A stretch of 64,000 bases of DNA, taken from assembly GCF_009914755.1 (NCBI RefSeq), contig NC_060925.1. One strand, given 5' to 3'. Positions 55,690 to 64,000 of the stretch are shown one piece after another. Origin of the DNA: the human T2T-CHM13v2.0 reference genome, Homo sapiens. Made by a program: the position numbers and the translations under genes. Each line of letters starts with the position of its first letter. Position 1 is the stretch's first letter. The notes under the pieces are model-generated. The model saw only the letters and a list, made by a program, of their open reading frames with translations. It did not search any database and was not told where the DNA came from.

Positions 55690-56600
55690 ACTCATTAATT
55701 CAGAGAGGAATTACTGGGCAACTACTAAATCTCAGACCCTGTGCTGAACACTCAAGGCACAATACTGAACAAGCCCAGACAGCATTCCTACTCCCACAGT
55801 CTGTGGCTTAATTGGGGAGTCCTCAAGAAGCAGCACTCTGCCAGGCACTCTGGCAGTGAAAGTAAAAGGTGTCACAAAAGTTGTGGACAAAAGCACCAGA
55901 CCAGGATTTAGGGTATTAGGAAAGCCTTCCCAGAATTGACATCTATACCAAAATCTGTCAGATGAAAAGAAGTTATCCTGGAGATAGGCATGGAAGGGAA
56001 GGCAGATGCTATTGGTCCAAAAGCCCAGTGGCCCGGATAAGAGAGAGGGAAACATTCACGAGAGTTAGAAGGAAGTAGAAAGATTGATGCTAGAGAGGTT
56101 ACTAGCAGCCAGATCCTGAAAGGTCTTGTAAACCATAGTAAGACATTTAGAGTTCCTTAAAGCAGAGAAGGAACATGATTAGATCTGCCATTTTTGAAAG
56201 GTTAGTCTTGAGAAAGCGTGGAGTTTGTATTCAAGGAGTGCAAAACACGGAACAGAGAAGCTTACTAGAAGGGTGTGGTTGGATTTAAGAGATATTTATA
56301 AATAGAACCAACAGAAATTGACAATTAATTGAATGTGGTGTAGTCAGGAAGAGGAAGAGTCCAAAATAATTTCTCAGTTTTTAAATTGAGTAATTGGACA
56401 GCTCAGGCAGTGTGAAACAGAAAGAATAACAAGTTTGGGTGGGAATTTTAGGCCTGTGTGATAATCAAATTAGAGATACTTATTATGCAGTTATCTGTGT
56501 GGTTATGTAGATCTGAGTATCATGTAAATTTAGAAAATATTAACATATATATGATAGCTAAAGCTATGGGGGTAAATAAGGCATTGCATGGCTAACATCC
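55690..56600 (-). mobile_element. L2 remnant(s)
   Basis: agccagatcctgaaaggtcttgtaaaccatagtaag...aacatgattagatctg...gatttaagagatatttata. Confidence 0.7.
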
Positions 56601-56870
56601 TAATAGGGGATTCTACAGCAGGATAATATCAGTGAACCTAGGAGAGGGAAACAATGAGGGATTATCTGCCTTGTTTTCCATTTAGAGTCCATCTCCAGCA
56701 TTAATATAATCAACTACTATTGAATAAGCACTTGATAATATGTAAGATGATGTGCTAAGTTTCTATCATGCTGAGAAAGGAATGATACTTGCCTTCTGGG
56801 ATCTTTGTCCAGCTAATGAAATAAGGAATGCTCTCTATTATATATGTAGGTACATATGTATATACATGTG

Positions 56871-57671
56871 AAATCCACTAATTCAATTAATGCCACAGTG
56901 GTGCTGGCCACACCTGGAGGAAGGAAACTGAAAGGAAATCTAAGTTCTTTATTGTGTAATAAAGGGTATCAAGAGTAAACAGAGGAACACTAGTTTTGAT
57001 GTTGTACAGGTTGGACTAGAGTGGATGTGATATTAGAGGCAGAAAAATAAGAATACATTACAGAATATCAGAAATAAACAATCTATTCCAGATACTATAT
57101 ATTTTTTATATTATACTATTGTGGTTGATGCAGAATTGAAACTCATATAAATATATTTTTAAATATCTAGAAGTAAGATCTTTATTGTTCGCAAATATTG
57201 CCAAAGCAGGCCTAAATATTATTGTTAGGTTGTGTATTTAGATTAGACTTAATGACATAGGGATTCAGATATAGGGGCTTATTTTAGGCTGGGGTGATCA
57301 GTGAAGGCCTCATGGAAGAGGTGTTATAGAAAAGAGGCCTTGAATGTCAGTTAGAATTTTGATAATTAAAGATATAGAAGGAGGATAGCATGAGCAAAGC
57401 AGGGAGGTAGATAAAAAAGCAAAACCACACTTGGTGTTAATGAGTAAATCCACTAATTCAATCAATGCTATAGTGGTGCTGGCCATACCTGGGCAAAGGA
57501 AACTAAAAGAAAATCTAAGTTCTTCATTACATAGGTCATGAGGTATCAAGAGTAAACAGAAGAACACCAGTTTTGATGTTGTACAGGGTGGACTAGAATG
57601 GATGTGATATTAGAGGCAGAAAAATAAGAAGAGATTATAGAACATCAGAAATAAAGAATCTGTTCCAGATA
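56871..57671 (+). repeat. About 225-bp non-tandem direct repeat (56871-57094 and 57446-57671)
   Basis: Both copies start aaatccactaattcaa and end ttccagata; roughly 85-90% identical by eye. Confidence 0.95.
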
Positions 57672-57904
57672 GTGGCAGTGGGACAGGAAAAATGCAGATA
57701 TATTATACATTAGACTTTGGGAAAGGAAATTCTATAGAATTTAGTAAATATTTGGATGCATAGGTGTCTAGCTATAGTTTAAACTAAGCAACTAGCAGAA
57801 TTTTTATAGCATGAATAAAAAAGAAAACTAAGAATGGAGATATGGGTTGGGTAGGAGGATTATATCAATGAGATATATGACCTGTTGATTGAGGTCATGA
57901 GGGC

Positions 57905-58327
57905 TATATTAGTTTCTTAGGGCCGCTGTAACAAAGCCCCACAAACTGGGGGTCTTAAACCACAGTAATATATTGTCTCACAGTTCTGGAGCTAGAAGTC
58001 CAAGATCAGCAGGGTTGGTTCTTTCTGAGGGCTGTGAGGGAGATTCTGTCCCAGGCTCCTCTCCTAGCTTTTAGTAGTCTCAGGCATTCCTTGGCTTGTA
58101 GCTGATATTCATTTTGTATCTCCACATAATCTTCCCTCTATGTGAATCTGTCCCTGTGTCCAAATTTCCTTTTAGAAGGACATAGTCATATTAGATTAGG
58201 GCCCACTCTAATGACTTCATCTTAACTTGATTATCTGCAAAGACCCTATTTCCAAATAAGATAACCTTCACAGGTATTCAGGGTTAGGACTCCAACATCT
58301 TATGGGGGACACATTTAACTCATAACA
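57905..58327 (-). mobile_element. MLT1B/C solo LTR
   Basis: tattagtttcttagggccgctgtaacaaag...ctgcaaagaccctatttccaaataag...cataaca. Confidence 0.85.
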
Positions 58328-58519
58328 ATAGCTACCCCAGTAGGTGCATTCAAAAAATATAAGAACATTTAAAAAAGGATATACAGATACATAAATCATT
58401 TGTATTAAGATAATCATTGAAATAATGAGAATGTGTTTAATCTTCAAGATTGTAACAATTTATAATTTGAAGGATGGTTCAATTTGGTATTCTGCTTAAT
58501 ATAAGAACTTATCTCTTTA

Positions 58520-59790
58520 ATGTGTCTGCCAAATAACCCATCAGCTGCTGCTTAAATATTTCTAGTGTTAGGGATGTCATTTCTTAACAACTATAATTTG
58601 ATAAGGCTCTCTATATACTGAGGCAATATATGGCTGTGTATAATTTTGCTCATTGGCCCCAATTTTTTCCTCTGGAGTTGCACAGAGTGAGGCTTTTATA
58701 TGAAATCAAATTTCAAATATTTAAACAATTTTAAGGCTGTCCCCACCCCTGTCATCTAGACTAAATATGCACCATTTCTTCTACTATTCTTCACATGGCA
58801 TGGTTGCCAGATTTTCCTCCTTTTTAGTCTACCTCTTCTGGGCAAGTCTTCCAAAGTTGTAATGTCCTTAAAGAAGGATAGCACTGATCCAGGACAGATC
58901 TATTCATGGCAGTACATAGTGTTTGTGCCTAGGATTGCAGCCTAAGAGTCTATACATTTTCCCCCAGGAGAGCCGTGGAACACTGTTGGCAACTGAAATC
59001 TATAGGCATTCTCCTCCCATTGATTGGTGTTAAACCCAGAGTTTCTAATGCTGTATTTTAGTAATTGTTTGTGTGTGTGTGTGTGTGTGTGTGTGCTTAA
59101 GTGTAGATTTTACATCAGAAACTTTTAGATTTTACCTTCTGAGTTTACTCTCATAATTATAACTTTTTTGAGGCAAATTTAAGTCATGTCGTTCGCAAAT
59201 TTGACAAACTTACATCGTATGAATTCTTGCAAGACATTGATTAAATTACTGAATGAAATAGGGGCAAATACAGAGATCTGGGCTAGGGATATAAAAACTT
59301 TTTTGGGGGTAGTCCCAGGATTTAGTGTGAGTTGTTATAAATCTGTAATTATACACATTTTCCACCCTCCTTATAAAGATCTCATGAGAGATCTATCCAA
59401 TATCCTGTTGAATCAAGGACACACTCTCCAAAACAGTGTCTTCCTCTAGAAAATTCAACAAAATAATCAAAACAATAAAATGTGATTAGTTTTGCATGAT
59501 TCTTTTTTCCTGGTGAGCCCATGATAGTTCCAGTAATTACTTCTTTCTTGTCTAAGTAGTAAAAATTTGTTTATTTAATAATGCATTGAAAATATTTCTG
59601 GGAATTGACATTGAGCTCACTAATTTATAGTTTCCAAATCTCTCCTGTTTCCTGTATCAGGAGTTGAAATATGTTTCAGTCTTTAGCCTCCTTACACCAC
59701 TCTATTATCTGCAAAGATTGGAATTATTTGTTACATAAACACCAAAACAGGTCTTTTTGGGGTCTTATGAATACCTCTTATGATTCTGGA
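58520..59790 (-). mobile_element. L3/CR1 remnant containing (TG)n at 59070-59095
   Basis: tgcttaaatatttctagtg...ttgcatgattcttttttcctggtgagcccatg...ctgggaattgacattgagctcact..tatagtttcc. Confidence 0.65.
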
Positions 59791-59949
59791 GACTAATTCA
59801 TTCAAAAACAGTTCTCACACTATTTCTTCAGTCAGCTAGCACTTGCAATTTCTCTTTGTCGCATTATTCTTTTGCTTAAATATATCTTCCCTGACCTTTC
59901 TACCATGAGAATGAAAATCAAATATTGAAAACACAGTTGGAATAATGTC

Positions 59950-60599
59950 TCTGAATCAGTCAAGACATAGTTGCAAAAAACAGAAACCACTGTAGCTATT
60001 TTAACCAAAAGGAGATTAAATACAGGAATTGAGTTGCCTCCAAAATCTTTGTAAGGGCTAGAGTAGTAGAATTGAGGTTGAACATCTAGAACTATCTCTC
60101 AGAATAAGATTATGGAACTGGTCTGCAAGTAGAGCTGCTATGCCTGCTACAGAAAGGGAGGTGGGAATTCTGAAGCTTCCGTTAGAACTGCCAGTTTCAG
60201 GGACATGCTGCCCAGCAGCTGTCTGGAGATCAAGAAACCACTGATGCCATCCCTAAGTCATGCTGTGCCTACTAGATCCACACCAGCAAAGAGGGTTTGC
60301 CCCGTAGCTTGTTTCTGAAGACCCACATTGCTCATGGCTGGATGCGGGAACACTATTGCCCAGACATTGCAGGCAGAGTAAGTGAAGGCAGTGAGAAGGA
60401 AGGCGGTCATCTCACAGTCACCTTTTAACTCTAACATGAAGAACACAACTGATCGTAGACTGTAAATCTCATCCAAATCCCTGGGTGCAAAGGAGCTGGA
60501 GAAATGTAAAATTTAGCTTCTCTGTCCTCCAGAACAGTAAGACAGACCAGAAGGAAGGTGGAATAATTATGTGCAGACTAATGCACAACATCTACCACA
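59950..60599 (-). mobile_element. Old MLT1 (K/M/N-like) LTR
   Basis: gttgcaaaaaacagaaacc...ctgggtgcaaaggagctggagaaatgta...atctaccaca. Confidence 0.6.
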
Positions 60600-60849
60600 A
60601 ACTTCTACAGTGCCTTATTAATGTTTGATTATCTAAGCATATTTTTCACTCCATCCTTTGTTTTTGCATGTAATTTTGTACACACTTCTATTGTGGTGCC
60701 TGTCACATTGCATTTTAATTATTTGTTCACATGATTGTCTTGCTCATTGACTGAGCTCCTTGAAAACAAGAGCCGTGTCTTCTGTATCTTTTCATTGCCA
60801 GGGTCTAGCACAGTGACTTGCAGATAATAAGGGAAACGAATTTAAGGCT

Positions 60850-61090
60850 AGAAGAAAGAATGCATGCTTGGGAATTAGAGGAATTCAGGTTTAAACCTTT
60901 CCTCCAAAACTTACAATCTATGTGATCCGGGGGAAGACACTTTACCTCTGAAAGCCTTAGTTTCTTATGCTAACTTGAAGTAATTATGCTAACTTCATAA
61001 AGTTGTTATGAGATTTACATGAGAAAATATATACAAAGCATCTGGCATACAGTCAGGACTGAATTAATTGTGGTCACTATTATTAGTAGT
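60850..61090 (+). mobile_element. MIR
   Basis: tgtgatccgggggaagacactttacctctgaaagccttagtttctt...gttgttatgagatttacatgaga. Confidence 0.75.
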
Positions 61091-62875
61091 AAATAAATGG
61101 TGCCAGGTAAATAAATTATTGAGCTGATTTCCACTTTAATAATTATTCATCTTGGTAGCAAGGCAGATTTCTAAGAGTTCAGGTTGTTTTTCTTTTCCCT
61201 TCTGTATCATTATATTCTATTTTGATCAATGCTCTGAAACAAATACATTTTAAAATTTATCATTCTTTGCACTTTTTCATGTGTATGTTGGTTCAAGCCT
61301 TTTTTTTTTTACTCTATTTTTTAACCATTTTATGCTATTCCTCCTTCTAAAATCTATATGTGTTCTCTTAAAATTTTAGCTTCCCAGAGAGTTCTCTTTT
61401 AATATCTGGTTCTTTTTGATGCTTTATATCTTCTTTCTGTTTTATTGGGACAATCTAGGATTAAATTGATTTTTAAGTTTTCTATCCTTCCACCTCCAAA
61501 AGGCCATTTTCCTCTTGAGAGTCCTAGGCATGAAATTGTTTCCTTTTTGGAAATCTAATTTAGTAAAGCTTGAAATTTTAGTGTTATCAGCCTGGGCTAT
61601 TGCAAATACTAAAAATATAGAGGTTTATTTCAATAAGGAAATTTATTCACTCAATGTCACCAGCCAGTTATTTCTTATTAGTGAGAATTAAAATCAAACT
61701 ATTATATCTCTTTGTTGTTTCTTGAAATTTTTGAGTCAAGAAAAGTATTTATTGAAGGTGCTGTTGCTATTAGCAGAAGCAGCCTTCACGCAGGGATCAT
61801 CTCACTTGAAGTTGGGGCTAATCACTATATCCCTCTTCTGTGTCCATTTTGGAACTTGCCTTTGGGAGGTTCCAAAAGCACTAATGGAAGTTCCACACTA
61901 CCCTTTGTCTTACCAGGCCAACTGTAGTTTGTGCACAGGAGAGTTTCATTTCTATTTTATTGTTATCAAAAACTTCCCATCATGGATTGACTTTAGGGCT
62001 TGAATGTAAGTGTGCTTTCTTCCTTTCTGCATTGTGGCATTGCCTCCATTCTGTTGCTCCTTTTAAGCAAAGTATACCTGCTCCTTAGACATAAGCCATG
62101 ATTAGCCCCCTGCCAAGTCTGAAAGATCATACTTGCTTTCCTACATTATGACTTTTGAACTTTGTTTCTGGCTAAGTAGAGATTTGAAGCCATAGGTATT
62201 GTTATTCATAATAAAATTTATTGAATGTTTATGTGTGACACTATAAAGTGTCACATTTATGAAGATGTTATCCATTTTTTACCTGCCAATAACTGTATGA
62301 GGTGGGTTTCATGTAGTTATTTTCATTAGTTACTATAACTTTATATTTATATATTATTTACTATATTTTCATATAGTGACTTTCATTATTCCCATCTTAC
62401 AGCTGAGGAAGCTGAGATACATTGATGGTAGGTGCCTTGCCAATGCCACATAGCCATTGAGTGGAGGAGGTGAGCCTAGAAACTAAGTTCTTCTGGTCTG
62501 AGAGCCTGTGTTCCTGACACACTGGCTCCCTTTTGACCATTTTCTCTCAAGTTCTCCTGGGGACCTCTCCCACTACACTTTTCTTTTGTGTGCTTTATAT
62601 TTTGTCTTTCTAAGTATCTGTATGTGACGAGTTATCTATTTTTATCCTAATCTTCTAAATAAATTTTGCTATGTGGGTCTCTTGATATGGTGGGTAAAAT
62701 ATTGCCAAAAACTGGAGTGGTGAAATACACTCTTTTCCTCCTCTTGAGTCCATAATTCTGGCCTCAGGGTTTTTTAAAACAAATCTTTTCATTTGATACC
62801 ATCTTTTAAAGCCAGATGTTCACTCTCTTTATGCTCTTTTATTTTCCAGTGGTATTACTTTGAAGTGAAAAGAGA

Positions 62876-63374
62876 TGTATTAGTTTTTGATTCTTGCTGT
62901 AATAAGTTATTGCAAGCATAGTGACTTAAGATAACATGAATGTATTGTACTTCTGTAGGTCAGAAGTTTAACATAAATCTCACTAGGCTAAGATCAGGAT
63001 GTCAACAAGGCTGCATGCCTTTGTGGAAGTTCTAGAGGACGATCTACTGCTTTGCTTTGTCCAGTTTCTGAAGGCTGCCTGAATTCCTTGGCTTTGGGCC
63101 CCTTCCTCCTTCTTCAAAGCCTGCATTGTAGCTGTCTCTGATCCTGTTTCCATCACTGTATCTCTTTCTCTGATGACACATAGGAAAAGTTCTTTGCTTT
63201 TAAGTACTTGTATGATTAGATTGGGTCCACTGGGATAATCCAGAATAATCTCCTCGTCTCAAAGCCTGTACTTTTAGTCAAATCTAAACAGTCCTTTTTG
63301 CCATGTAAGATGACATATTCCCAGCTTCCAGGGACTAGGACACGGACATCCTTGAGGGCATTATACTGACTACC
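62876..63374 (-). mobile_element. MLT1D solo LTR
   Basis: tgtattagttt...ggtcagaagt...gattagattgggtccactgggataatccagaataatctcc...ttgccatgtaagatgacatattc. Confidence 0.85.
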
Positions 63375-64000
63375 TTAAAATATTATGACACTAGACTTTA
63401 AGTCCTTTCAATCTCTGATTATTTCTTTTATTTCAACCTCAAGTTCTTACAACACAAATATTTCTAGAGAAAATTCCATTTTGCTTCTAGTAATATTCAT
63501 TTCCACATGAATTAGCAAACGTGAGTTAATGTTTTGTGTATAATGTCTTGTCAGGTTTTCCATATTTGAATTTCAAGAAACAGATATATTCCTGGTTGAT
63601 GATGTTCTGGTAATAATTATGTCTGGTCTCTTGTGTGGCCTTCAGAAGGGAAACAATATTCACCACTATGTCTCTTCTTTCTGGGGTCATCAGCAGTTGG
63701 TTGATTGTACTGAGGGGGTGGAGTGAAGGAGAGCAAGGAATGAGGGAGGAATTCTGCGTTTTCTACTTGTGTCATAGAAAGAGTATTAGAAGTGACACCA
63801 ATTCAGAGAGGGACCAGGGAGGAGAAATGGGTGTGGGGAAGATTGTGAGCATTTTCTTAGAGATAAACTGAATATCCGCAGTCCACATAATGCTGTGGGC
63901 ATGAATGAGCTCATACTACCATTAACAATCAAATTACATTAGCTCAATATGTAACTATAAAATCTTATCCTCATACAATGTACCTTTTGTAGTCTCCAGA

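Overview
This is AT-rich, CpG-poor primate (human-like) genomic DNA with no recognisable host-gene exon and no CpG island. It is dominated by interspersed repeats (L1, L2, L3/CR1, MIR, Alu, MaLR LTRs, hAT DNA transposons) and microsatellites. The one gene-derived object is a near-full-length processed copy of the PTP4A1 (PRL-1) mRNA on the minus strand (about 13424-16129). It carries a 5'UTR, an intronless 170-codon ORF that is still open, a ~1.27 kb 3'UTR, AATAAA, a poly(A) remnant and a TSD. It inserted into an L1PB and was later hit by an AluY. From memory, unverified, it fits PTP4A1P7 inside a long PAPPA2 intron at 1q25. Most notable observations: (1) the main ORF survives with its P-loop changed (HCVAGLGR to NCIVGLGK) and its CAAX box intact, while the conserved Mg-responsive uORF carries three lesions; (2) a recursive-splice-site / RS-exon architecture at 1756-1835; (3) an in-register L1-in-L1 chimera; (4) an L1 3' transduction; (5) a twin-primed L1; (6) a non-tandem 225-bp local duplication; (7) a 36-bp hairpin tandem repeat. 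None is a proven new biological system; they are testable hypotheses. Repeat subfamily calls and comparisons to PTP4A1 rest on recalled consensus sequences, and many boundaries are approximate.
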